Part shown: piece after piece, positions 1-8,538 of the stretch | How the letters are laid out: each line of letters begins with the position of its first letter | Position numbering within the stretch: position 1 is the stretch's first letter | From: an uncultured Intestinimonas sp. | GTDB lineage: Bacteria > Bacillota > Clostridia > Oscillospirales > Oscillospiraceae | Direction of reading: 5' to 3' | DNA: 64,000 nt | NCBI GenBank assembly: GCA_944385655.1 | Contig: CALWYC010000001.1 | Location: 1,212-65,211, forward strand | Position numbers and translations under genes: made by a program | Notes under the pieces: model-generated | What the model was told of the DNA's origin: nothing | What the model saw: only the letters and a program-made list of their open reading frames with translations | Database searches by the model: none

Positions 1-1445
1 TCGGGGCTGTCGATCAGTCCCGCTTCGGCCAGCTTGTCCACGGCGGCGTCCAGCTCGGACACCATCTCCACCGCCATGGCGGCCTTCACCGCCGCCCGGA
101 AGTCGTCCATGCTCTTGCCGTGCCGGGGGAACCAGTGGCCCACGTCGGCGTGATTGGAGGCGATGCCCAGAGCGTGGCCCTCGCTGTGGTCCAGGACGTC
201 GGTCATGGGGTCCAGGCCGTAGGTCTCACACAGGTGGGCCGTCAGGGCCACCGCCCGGGTCCAGGCCGCCTCGAAATAGCTCCTGGTCTCCGCCGGGTCG
301 TAGGCCAGGAAGGAACCCTCCCGGTCCGCCAGGGCGGCCAGGGTGGCGGGGCCGCAGGAGCCGTCCACCTCCAGGCCCAGGTCCTTCTGACAGGCCCGGA
401 GCGCAGAGTCGCAGCCGGGGCCGAAGCTGCCGTCGATGCCCTTGGGGTCATAGCCCCGGGCGGTGAGCTCCCGCTGGAGCCGCTCCACCGCCCAGCCGGT
501 GTCGCCCCGCTTGAGGGGCTCCCACTCCTCGGGCAGGAGCCGGCATTCCTGGGGCTCACAGATCTCAAAAGCGATGTGGGTCCCGTTGGCCGTGCCCGCC
601 TGGCTGCCGGCGTGGCCGCCCCGGGCGGTCCAGGGCAGAGTCTGGAGGGTAGTGGCGTCATCCACGATGGCGTGGACGGCAGCCTTGGCCGTGGGGGTGT
701 CCCAGCTCTGGGCCAGGGCCTGGGCCATGACGCCGGGGGCGGCGGTGGAGTGGACCATGATGCCCTTGGGGGTGATGGTCCGGCCGCTGGTGTAGCAGGG
801 GGACTTGGTCATCATGCGCTGGGTGATGCCATCCATGGGCGTTCCCTCCTCTTTTTTGAGCCAGATCAGGATAAGGTTTTGGGACGGGTCTTTGCCTTCG
901 ATGAGGGTCCCGCTCTCCCGGTCGTAGTAGTTGACCTTGCGCCCACCGTCGGCCAGGATGAAGTCGGTCCAGCCCTGCTCCTTGACCCAGGCCCGGAACT
1001 CCAGGGGCGTCAGGCCGGCGGCGCTGTCCGGGAAGGCCGCTAGGGCCAGAGCGCCGTCCCTGAACCCCCAGCCGGTGCGCCCCCGGCGTCCGCCCACGTC
1101 GGCGCCGAAGATCATGGGCTGGTCCTGGCCGTGGTAGATGCCGGAACAGTTGGCGATGTAGCTCCGCCAAGGAGAGAGCCCGCCCCTGGGCACCACATCC
1201 ATGGTCACGTCGGGTCCCTCATCCCAGCACAGGGCGGGGTAGGCGTACTCAGGATCATACTCCACCACCTGGCCGTCGGCCTTTAGCGGGCAGACAGGCT
1301 TCCAGTCAGGTCCGTAAAAATTGCCGGTGATGGCCAGGTCCGGCCCCTCCCGCTCCACGATGGCAGAAAGGGGAAGCCGGTCACGGTTGATGTAGAGCTT
1401 CATGGACCGGATGCGGTCCGTGGGGATGTACTTTGTGTGGATCAT
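1..1445 (-). CDS. Endolysin (3'-truncated by window): N-terminal phosphodiester-glycosidase/NAGPA-like domain plus Amidase_2 with an inserted peptidoglycan-binding domain
   Basis: Translated by hand (not in ORF track): MIHTKYIPTDRIRSMKLYIN...GRTGWG...FILADGGRK...MDGITQRMMTKSPCY..IMVHSTAAPG..VHAIVDD..HIAFEICEP..LKRGDTGWAVERLQREL..DGSFGP..DHSEGH..NHADV; ATGA overlap with the upstream gene. Confidence 0.85.
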   Translation of the reverse strand, partial: MIHTKYIPTDRIRSMKLYINRDRLPLSAIVEREGPDLAITGNFYGPDWKPVCPLKADGQVVEYDPEYAYPALCWDEGPDVTMDVVPRGGLSPWRSYIANCSGIYHGQDQPMIFGADVGGRRGRTGWGFRDGALALAAFPDSAAGLTPLEFRAWVKEQGWTDFILADGGRKVNYYDRESGTLIEGKDPSQNLILIWLKKEEGTPMDGITQRMMTKSPCYTSGRTITPKGIMVHSTAAPGVMAQALAQSWDTPTAKAAVHAIVDDATTLQTLPWTARGGHAGSQAGTANGTHIAFEICEPQECRLLPEEWEPLKRGDTGWAVERLQRELTARGYDPKGIDGSFGPGCDSALRACQKDLGLEVDGSCGPATLAALADREGSFLAYDPAETRSYFEAAWTRAVALTAHLCETYGLDPMTDVLDHSEGHALGIASNHADVGHWFPRHGKSMDDFRAAVKAAMAVEMVSELDAAVDKLAEAGLIDSP

Positions 1446-1891
1446 TCCGTCACCACCTCCCACCCCTGGGGGTAGGCGCTGGGAGACCAGGTATTGGTGT
1501 CGATGGTGGACCGCCAGGTCTTGCCGCCCTCGGTGCAGCAGTCGCCGGTCATGTAGGTGCTGGTGGACAGCGCCACAAAGGGGAGGGCCTTGGCCGGGTC
1601 CGTAGACCAGTAAAAGCCCCACTGTGCCGGCAGGTCCTCCGGCTCCTGAGTGTAGACGGTGGAGTCGTACACCTGGAGGAGCTTGACCACCCGGCCCGCG
1701 CTGGACCGGCACAAAAAGCCAACCGGGCGCTCCAGCATATTCTTGACGGCCTTTGCTGCGGCAAAGTCTGGGATCTTCTCCTCCTCGGCGTAGATGGCGG
1801 TGCCGTCCATACTGGCCGCCCGGCCCTGGAGGTCAGCGGCGTCGGCCTGGCCCTTTTCCCGCATGGCGGTCATGTAGAGCTCGTTACTCAT
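1442..1891 (-). CDS. Phage protein with C-terminal CBM5/12-like carbohydrate-binding motif
   Basis: C-terminus YMTGDCCTEGGKTWRSTIDTNTWSPSAYPQGWE; lies between fibre genes and lysin. Confidence 0.65.
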   Translation of the reverse strand: MSNELYMTAMREKGQADAADLQGRAASMDGTAIYAEEEKIPDFAAAKAVKNMLERPVGFLCRSSAGRVVKLLQVYDSTVYTQEPEDLPAQWGFYWSTDPAKALPFVALSTSTYMTGDCCTEGGKTWRSTIDTNTWSPSAYPQGWEVVTE

Positions 1892-2330
1892 AGCTGTTCA
1901 CTCCCTCCTTGTAGGCGGCGTCCAGGTCCGCCGTCTTGATGGTGCCCTCCGGCGCCGGCGTGCTGCCGCCCATCTGGGCCAGCAGCGTCTCCACATAGGT
2001 GCGCTGCCCCATGGTCACGGTGATGCGGTCCTCGTAGACCGCCGGGGCGTCCGCCGTCTCCGGCGTCACCAGCACCGGGGCCTTGGCGAGGCCGCCCCGC
2101 ACGGTGTAGCCGCTGTGGGTGTACTCCTCGCTTCCATCCCGGATGGCGATGGTCTCACAGTTGTCCGGCGAAAAGGCGGCGTCCAGGGTCTCCATGCCCT
2201 CCGATGCCGGAAAGATAAAGGTCAGGGCGTCTCTGTTGCTGCCCTGGATGTACTGGGTGGCTCCGCTCACCTCCAGGGCGGTGAGTTCGGTTCTGTCTGC
2301 CAGGATCACGGTCTTGCTCATAGGTTTCAC
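1884..2330 (-). CDS. Hypothetical tail-associated phage protein
   Basis: 148-aa ORF overlapping both neighbours, phage-like codon usage. Confidence 0.7.
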   Translation of the reverse strand: MKPMSKTVILADRTELTALEVSGATQYIQGSNRDALTFIFPASEGMETLDAAFSPDNCETIAIRDGSEEYTHSGYTVRGGLAKAPVLVTPETADAPAVYEDRITVTMGQRTYVETLLAQMGGSTPAPEGTIKTADLDAAYKEGVNSYE

Positions 2331-2905
2331 CCTCCAAAAATGACGTCATTTCCGATCTGGACTTTGTAGATCTCCAGGGACACCGACCAGCTTCCGGCCT
2401 TGCCCAGCGTATTGGCGATCTGGATATGAGTGGTTCCGGCGGGGATGGCGCAGGACCATTCTTCATTGCTGGAACGGTCCGGCAGGGTCACCGTCTGGAT
2501 GGCCTGCCCTGTGGCGGAGAAAAAATACACCACCGCGTCGCACCAGTTGATGTCCACCCCCCACTGGTACCAGAGGGATAACTGATCCCCCGCATACGCC
2601 CCTGCATGATCCAGGTCAAGGTTGGCGCATGCCCGGTTCCCTGTGTTGCTGGATAGGGATGCATTGATATACAGCAGGATGTGATCCCCGTCGATTCCGG
2701 CAAACGAGTTCTCCATGTCCATATTGCTGTCGCCCTCTACGAGGGAAAAGGCCATGTCCGGGGGCGTGGGATAATACTGCCGGGCCACCCCGTCCACCCC
2801 GATATAGCCCCGCTTGACGGTCCGGGCCACCCCATCCACTCCGATATGTTGGTTGGTCACCCTGCGGGCCACGCCGGCGACTCCGATATACTGCGCTCTC
2901 GCCAT
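2327..2905 (-). CDS. Putative tail-tip/receptor-binding protein
   Basis: Triple (Y/H)IGVxGVAR N-terminal repeat typical of gut phage fibre-associated proteins, followed by a beta-rich domain; RBS GAGGTG. Confidence 0.7.
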   Translation of the reverse strand: MARAQYIGVAGVARRVTNQHIGVDGVARTVKRGYIGVDGVARQYYPTPPDMAFSLVEGDSNMDMENSFAGIDGDHILLYINASLSSNTGNRACANLDLDHAGAYAGDQLSLWYQWGVDINWCDAVVYFFSATGQAIQTVTLPDRSSNEEWSCAIPAGTTHIQIANTLGKAGSWSVSLEIYKVQIGNDVIFGG

Positions 2906-2914
2906 GGTATCACC

Positions 2915-3808
2915 TCACCCGTACACCAGATAGATTTGGCCGGTGGCGAGGGCACTGGACCCGGCGGTCAGATCGGTGGTCCCGGCGGAGATGGCACGGG
3001 CTCCGGCGGTCGATGGCTCTGATGTTATGGTTGCGATCCGATTCCAGGCCATCCAGTTCCCTTGCATGTCACCGATGCGGTAATATACATTTGGATTGCC
3101 CCACATGTATATACGCTGCATAATTTGGGCATTGGTTTTTCGCTCCGTGTAGACGGTTGCGCTCACTAGGCCGTTCCATGTCGCGTTTGAGAAAAAGATA
3201 GATGTCCCCATGGGATATTCGGTTGGAGCTGCGCTCTCTGTAAGGACATCATCACTTAGCCAAAGCCAGTTGTAATTTTCCTTCAGATATTGTGTATCTA
3301 CCAGTTCTCTCCACTCGTTGAGCCACGCCCCGTTGAGAATATCCCGTGTCCCAAAGTACCGATACTCATCGGTAGCGGCATACCCCACCGCCAGGACCAC
3401 CCGCCGCCCGGTGGTGCCGTCCAGCATCACAAAATACTGGACGTCGGTGGTATTAGGCGGCTTGTCCTCTGCGTTGTAAATGGAGGAAGATGGGTCTCCG
3501 AAAAAGGTCCCGTCAACGGTCAGAGCGGACGCTGCGGCCAGCACGGTGTCGTACCCCGTGATGTTGCCAAAATGCTGCATCTTGGTTTTGAGATCGTTCT
3601 CCAGCTCGACCGTGGAGGCCAAGCCAGAAAACGCCTCACCCAATTCCTCCGCCGCCTGCTGAGCGGCGTTGACCTGCTCCATCAGGTAGTTGTAGCCGTG
3701 CTGCTGGCTCAGGCCCACGTCGGAACCGTCTGGGGCCACGGTCTGCCCGTAGACCCAATTCGTGGGAAGGTCCGCCGGGAGCGGCACGGTGATGGGGTTC
3801 TCAGCCAT
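2915..3808 (-). CDS. Tail fibre protein (knob-like domains)
   Basis: Follows baseplate genes; W-x-x-W knob-like motifs (GAWLNEWRE, GNWMAWNRI); C-terminal GTTDLTAGSSALATGQIYLVYG. Confidence 0.75.
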   Translation of the reverse strand: MAENPITVPLPADLPTNWVYGQTVAPDGSDVGLSQQHGYNYLMEQVNAAQQAAEELGEAFSGLASTVELENDLKTKMQHFGNITGYDTVLAAASALTVDGTFFGDPSSSIYNAEDKPPNTTDVQYFVMLDGTTGRRVVLAVGYAATDEYRYFGTRDILNGAWLNEWRELVDTQYLKENYNWLWLSDDVLTESAAPTEYPMGTSIFFSNATWNGLVSATVYTERKTNAQIMQRIYMWGNPNVYYRIGDMQGNWMAWNRIATITSEPSTAGARAISAGTTDLTAGSSALATGQIYLVYG

Positions 3809-4703
3809 TCAAGGTTCCCTCCTTTACTGGGATGACGTGCTTCAGGATGGTGCTTGCGCTCACCGGAACAAAGATCGTGGAGCTGGTGAGCACTCGGCCG
3901 GAGCTGTCCAGCAGTTCCACGGAGGTGATCACCTCGGCCTGGCTCTGGGCCACCGCGTAGGTCACGGTCAGGGTATCTCCCTGGACGGTCTTGTCCAGAT
4001 CGGTGATGGAGACAGTCCCATTCACCCGCGCCGATGCGATATCACTGGAGACAAAGTTTGCCGTGTCCTGCAAAAGGGCGGGTTGGATGGACGGCGTATC
4101 CGGCATTTTAATCACTCCTTGCCCCTGTTCTGTGGCGAACGGGCTCACGCCCAGGCCCCACGCGCCCAAATTATAGTGGAAAACCCGCTGAGAGAGCTCG
4201 ATGGACTCCGAGAGCAGCAACCCGGTCCGCACATAAGGTGTGTTCACATAGACGATGTGGGCGGGCTTGATGCGTCCAATGGTAAGCGCCACTTCGGTCG
4301 CATATTGCTGGTTTTCGGCGCTGGACTCGATGTAGAGGGTGCAGTTGGGGTAGTCCACCGTCACCGTCCACTCCCCTGGTCCGATCAGCTCATCCAGCTT
4401 TTGATAGAGGAATCCCAGCGTAAAGGGCGGCCGGGTGGACAAGCGGTTGATGACCCGGGACCGCCGGAACGCCAGGGTCTCTGCCTGTGGGTCCGGGATG
4501 ATGCCCAGGACCCGCTCCCACAGCGCCACGGACCCATCATCCATGCTCTGAAAGAACAGGTTGTCGGCCACGGCCTGGATAGATGCGGCCAGGGCCTCCA
4601 TCTGAGCCTGCTCTGTCTGGCAGATCTGCTGGTAGTCCAGGATCTTCCGGTACCACGGCGGCAGGAGGGACAGCAGGTCGGTGTCGAACTGGATGTCACT
4701 CAC
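3801..4703 (-). CDS. XkdU/DUF2313-like baseplate protein fused to a second tail protein
   Basis: LPPWY..NLFFQS..WERVLGI..FRRSRVINRL..IKPAH motifs; in-frame internal RBS and ATG at 4106. Confidence 0.8.
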   Translation of the reverse strand: MSDIQFDTDLLSLLPPWYRKILDYQQICQTEQAQMEALAASIQAVADNLFFQSMDDGSVALWERVLGIIPDPQAETLAFRRSRVINRLSTRPPFTLGFLYQKLDELIGPGEWTVTVDYPNCTLYIESSAENQQYATEVALTIGRIKPAHIVYVNTPYVRTGLLLSESIELSQRVFHYNLGAWGLGVSPFATEQGQGVIKMPDTPSIQPALLQDTANFVSSDIASARVNGTVSITDLDKTVQGDTLTVTYAVAQSQAEVITSVELLDSSGRVLTSSTIFVPVSASTILKHVIPVKEGTLNG

Positions 4704-5826
4704 TTAGTGTCACCATCCCCAGAATAGGCACCTGCTGGGTAGCCCCGGTCTGTGTGAGAATGAGATCGGCGGTCTCTCCGTTGAGCTGCACGTCCGTGGC
4801 GTTCACCACGCCCGTCACTCCCACGATGGCGGCCAGCACTCTGGCCAGATACACGTCGGCGGCATAGGCCACGTCGGATGTCCCGGTGTTGTTGGCCCAG
4901 CTCTGCCGGACGGAGAGCAGATATGCCTCAATGGCGTCCTCGATAGGCTGTTGTACCTGCCCAATGGAGGCCCCGGAGGTCAAAGTCAGGGTGGCTGAGA
5001 CGTTTACCGTGACCTCAGATGGAGCGGCGACCGTCACTTTTGCCCCGATTGGGGCCAAGCCCAGCCCCAGGCCGGATGTGGGCGGGTCTACGGCGTTCTG
5101 AACGCTCTCTATCAGCGGCTCGGAGGCCGGGAGGAAGTCGGCTCCCAGTATGGAGCATTTGACTGTTCCTCCGCCGTTCCATGTCGGGTAGACCTGCACC
5201 GCCCCCACGCCGTCTATGGCCAGGATGTCCTCCCGGTAGGAAGCGATGTTGCCTCCGAAAGGACGGTCCGTCAGCGCCGTAATGATCCGGTCCCGGAAGG
5301 CGCCGTCGGTCTCCGTGTCGTCTCCGGGGACCAGGATGTCGGTGAGCTGGGCGGAGGTCAGGCCGGTAATGACTGTGATGGGCAGAATGGGCCCCGTGTA
5401 CTCGTTGCCGATGGTGCCGGGGGTCTCGGCGGTCATTTGGTAGTAGTAACTCCCCGGCTGCGGCTCCTCCACTGTGGCCGCCGCCGTGGCGGTGAAGTTG
5501 ATGGAGTTCGCCCCATTGATGGTGGAGAACCGGGCGCCGATAGGCACCTGGACGTTGAATATGCCCAGCAGTACCGCCGCCGACGCCTGAGCGCGGGTGA
5601 CCCCGCCCAGTACCGCCAGCAGGTCCAGCGCCTCGCCGGACGCGGTCTGTATAAAAGCCTGCCGCTGGACCTGGTCCAGGATGAGATAGAACCCCTCCAA
5701 AACCCAAGCGGCCGGTCCAAGCGCGGTGGGAATAGGGGCTGTGTCACGTTTGTCATAAGTGGCGGGCACCCGTGCCAGCATAGCCTGCAAGAGGTTTTGA
5801 TAGGTGTCCTGAGAGAAGTCGATCAT
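4696..5826 (-). CDS. Baseplate J/gp47 (XkdT-like) protein
   Basis: TASGEALDLLA, GDDTETDGAFRDRI, GGNIASY, GGGTVK motifs; position in operon. Confidence 0.9.
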   Translation of the reverse strand: MIDFSQDTYQNLLQAMLARVPATYDKRDTAPIPTALGPAAWVLEGFYLILDQVQRQAFIQTASGEALDLLAVLGGVTRAQASAAVLLGIFNVQVPIGARFSTINGANSINFTATAAATVEEPQPGSYYYQMTAETPGTIGNEYTGPILPITVITGLTSAQLTDILVPGDDTETDGAFRDRIITALTDRPFGGNIASYREDILAIDGVGAVQVYPTWNGGGTVKCSILGADFLPASEPLIESVQNAVDPPTSGLGLGLAPIGAKVTVAAPSEVTVNVSATLTLTSGASIGQVQQPIEDAIEAYLLSVRQSWANNTGTSDVAYAADVYLARVLAAIVGVTGVVNATDVQLNGETADLILTQTGATQQVPILGMVTLSE

Positions 5827-6233
5827 GCCACGTTCACCTCCACGGTAGTCTGCGTCTCGCCGTAAACCGTGTTGACGGTGAAGGACGCGGAAAGGGCGTT
5901 GCCGGAGGCGGTATAGGAGAAATCGGAAATACCCCTCACCCGGTCGTCCATCGTCAGGGCTTCAGCGATTCTCCGCTGCAGTTCCGAGGCCACATATCCC
6001 GGGTCCTGTCCCAGAAGGCCGGCCCATCGGACTCCGGAATAGGGTTTGTAGATCTGCCAGCGGAACCGCTCTACGTTGAGGATGATGTCCACGGCCTGCT
6101 TCACAGCGTCTATGCCGGTGATCTCGCCCTGGATGCGCCCGGTTTCCTGGTTGACACGCCAGGTAAGGGACGGCTGCTGAACGAACGCCACGCCGTTGCC
6201 CAGGTTAACGGCGCTCTGCGGTAAGGTCGCCAT
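5823..6233 (-). CDS. XkdS/DUF2634 baseplate wedge protein
   Basis: AVKQAVDIILNVERF..IAEALTMDDRV..FTVNTVYG. Confidence 0.85.
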   Translation of the reverse strand: MATLPQSAVNLGNGVAFVQQPSLTWRVNQETGRIQGEITGIDAVKQAVDIILNVERFRWQIYKPYSGVRWAGLLGQDPGYVASELQRRIAEALTMDDRVRGISDFSYTASGNALSASFTVNTVYGETQTTVEVNVA

Positions 6234-6802
6234 TACATCGCCTCCTCGAAGATACGGGAGAGTACGATAAAACGCTGTCCATTCTGTACCCGGAGCAGCA
6301 ACACCTTGTCCCCCACGGTCAGGCCGCGGTTCAGAATGATAAAGCCGTCTTCCACCGGGAGCGTGATGCCATTTTCCACGCAGGCCACCGAACCAAGCGC
6401 ATCCGTGGAGGTTATAACTCCATCCAGCGCGGAACCGGTATCATAGGTACCGCTTAACTGTTGGTCAGAGGCATAGGACCCGTCCAAGGCAGCTCCAGTG
6501 CTGCCGTCTGCAGTAGTGTGCGTGTGGGAAAGGCCTCCGGTGCTGTGCTGGTGCCCCAGCCCGGACACCGTGTGTGCATGGGAAAGCCCCGGCACATCAT
6601 GGGAGTGGGACAGAACGGGGAGCTTCTTCTCCACCACGGCGGAGGTCAGGTAGAGGATGCTCTCCGGGATGGGCGGCATGGCCGGATCTGTGGTGATCTC
6701 CAGCGGGCCCACCGATGTGACGCTGCCCACCCGCAGGTCGGTGAGCTGGGCGGCCTTCATGGACTTCTGGGCCATCAGATATATGGTTTCCGCCAGGTTC
6801 AT
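6233..6802 (-). CDS. XkdR/DUF2577-like spike protein with HxH repeats
   Basis: GSVTSVGPLEI N-terminus, GLTVGDKVLLLRVQNGQRFIVLSRI C-terminus, four HxH motifs in between. Confidence 0.8.
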   Translation of the reverse strand: MNLAETIYLMAQKSMKAAQLTDLRVGSVTSVGPLEITTDPAMPPIPESILYLTSAVVEKKLPVLSHSHDVPGLSHAHTVSGLGHQHSTGGLSHTHTTADGSTGAALDGSYASDQQLSGTYDTGSALDGVITSTDALGSVACVENGITLPVEDGFIILNRGLTVGDKVLLLRVQNGQRFIVLSRIFEEAM

Positions 6803-6811
6803 AGCCTCACC

Positions 6812-7780
6812 TCAAATCGCCATCGTCTCAAATGTCATGGTATGGGTATCATTTTCCCAGGTGTGGGAGACCTTCTCCAGCAGGACATACTGGTCCAGGT
6901 TGATGTCCCCCAGACCCGGCACCTTCATGAGGACCATCATGCCAGCCCGCAGGCCCGGGACACCCAGGGATTCCACAGACAGGGTGCGCAGACGGCGGTT
7001 ATAATACTGGAGGGTAACTTCTGCCTGAGCCGCCATCTGGGCCAGGTTCACGTCCCCGTCCACCGTTTGATAGAGCTGAAGCAAGCCCCACTGTTCAATG
7101 GAGTCCTCGTTCCTGGCCTCCACCACGTCGGCCCTGCCCGTCTCCTCGTTGGGCCGGGCCAGCTTCACCGAGTTGTAAGTCTGCTTGTCGATATCCGTCT
7201 GGTAAGTGTAGTCCGTCAAAAGGGACTTTTCGCCGATGAGCACATTGGACTTCATGTCCTCGGGCCGGCGCAGGGCCAGCCCCCTTCCGTCGTCAAAAAA
7301 CACGTAGATGTCTCCCGTGTTCAAAAGCGTCTGCTGTACGGCGCTCTCGACGATGTCCAGACAGCTCTGGTCCTCCTCCACCAGGGACGGGATCTGGTAG
7401 CCCGTGTCGGCGACGTCTCCCACGTCCACCTGGAGGTCGGCGGCGATCTGCTGGATGATCTGCCCGGCGGTCTGTCCGTAGAAGCCATAGGATGCGTTGG
7501 CCTTCAGGTACCGGAGCCGGTCGTAGCAGGTCACGCCGATCTCACCCCAGCGGTTTTTGGACTTGGTGAACACCCAGCCATAGAATTGGATCTGTCCGTC
7601 CACGGAGAAGCGGACGATGTCGCCCTCGGTGAAGGACAGGTCTCCGGACTTGATGACCGTAAAGGTCAGTTTCCCGGGCGCGCCGGTGCGTTCCGTCTCC
7701 CAGGAGACCGTGCTCACGCTGTTGGAGCACTCCCAGATCTTCCCGCTGGTCTTGTTGGCGATGAGCAGTTCCGTCGTCAC
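6812..7780 (-). CDS. XkdQ-like baseplate hub protein
   Basis: PGKLTFT, FYGWVF, TCYDRLRYLK, YNSVKL, WGLLQLY, GLRAG motifs. Confidence 0.85.
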   Translation of the reverse strand: MTTELLIANKTSGKIWECSNSVSTVSWETERTGAPGKLTFTVIKSGDLSFTEGDIVRFSVDGQIQFYGWVFTKSKNRWGEIGVTCYDRLRYLKANASYGFYGQTAGQIIQQIAADLQVDVGDVADTGYQIPSLVEEDQSCLDIVESAVQQTLLNTGDIYVFFDDGRGLALRRPEDMKSNVLIGEKSLLTDYTYQTDIDKQTYNSVKLARPNEETGRADVVEARNEDSIEQWGLLQLYQTVDGDVNLAQMAAQAEVTLQYYNRRLRTLSVESLGVPGLRAGMMVLMKVPGLGDINLDQYVLLEKVSHTWENDTHTMTFETMAI

Positions 7781-8526
7781 GTCGTGCTCACCACCTGGAG
7801 GGAAGCGCCGGCCACCCAGCCCAAGGCCCCGCCGGACGTGCTCAGCACGTGATAGGGGTAGGGCCTGGACAGGTCTACGATACGGGATACCGTTACCTGA
7901 ATGCCGTTACCTGCGCTCGACGGCTTATCGCCGTAGCTGGAGTAGTAGTAGGACCCGTTGAGGGTGCAGACGGAGCCCGCCACGATCTGCCCCTGCGGGA
8001 TGCCACGGGCGGGCTCGGTGGTTACCTGTACGGGCTGTGCGGCGGATGCGCTCGCCTGCTGGTCCGTCTGCATTGGCTGGGGGGAATGGTCCTTGTACTC
8101 GGTGAGCTCCAGGTCATAGTAGAAGTCGCCGGTCTCTCCTCCCCGCTCCTCTGTGTCGAACCCGGTCACCAGCACCCCAAAGCCGGAGTCCCCCGTCATG
8201 AAGGGCTCTCCATTTTCATAGTACCGCACCGGCGTGTAGAGAATGGGGGCCTTCTCCCGCATGGCAGACTCGAAGAACTGGATGTAGAACTCAGGGGGGC
8301 GGAACTGCCCCGCGTTGAGCACCAGGGAGGACACCCGCCCGGGAAAGAAGCTGGAGATGGTCACCACCCGCAGGGAGGGCAGGCGCGGGACCATGATGGG
8401 GCCCAGCCCCAACACATTGTACTCGTCGTTTTCGCTGTCCCGGGCCACCGGCAGCTTTTCCGGGTTGACGGGGAGGCGCAGGAGCGTGTCGTCTCGGGCG
8501 AAGAACAGGCCGAAGTTGTTGGGCAT
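7777..8526 (-). CDS. XkdP-like tail tube initiator with C-terminal SH3-like domain
   Basis: LPVNPEKL..GDFYYDLELTEYK; C-terminal PYPYHV..ALGWV in place of LysM. Confidence 0.75.
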   Translation of the reverse strand: MPNNFGLFFARDDTLLRLPVNPEKLPVARDSENDEYNVLGLGPIMVPRLPSLRVVTISSFFPGRVSSLVLNAGQFRPPEFYIQFFESAMREKAPILYTPVRYYENGEPFMTGDSGFGVLVTGFDTEERGGETGDFYYDLELTEYKDHSPQPMQTDQQASASAAQPVQVTTEPARGIPQGQIVAGSVCTLNGSYYYSSYGDKPSSAGNGIQVTVSRIVDLSRPYPYHVLSTSGGALGWVAGASLQVVSTT

Positions 8527-8538
8527 CCGCTCCCCTCC

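Noticed and set aside
2327-3808. Diversity-generating retroelement or invertible shufflon acting on fibre genes
   Set aside because: No reverse transcriptase, template/variable repeat pair or invertase in the window. It cannot be excluded left of position 1.
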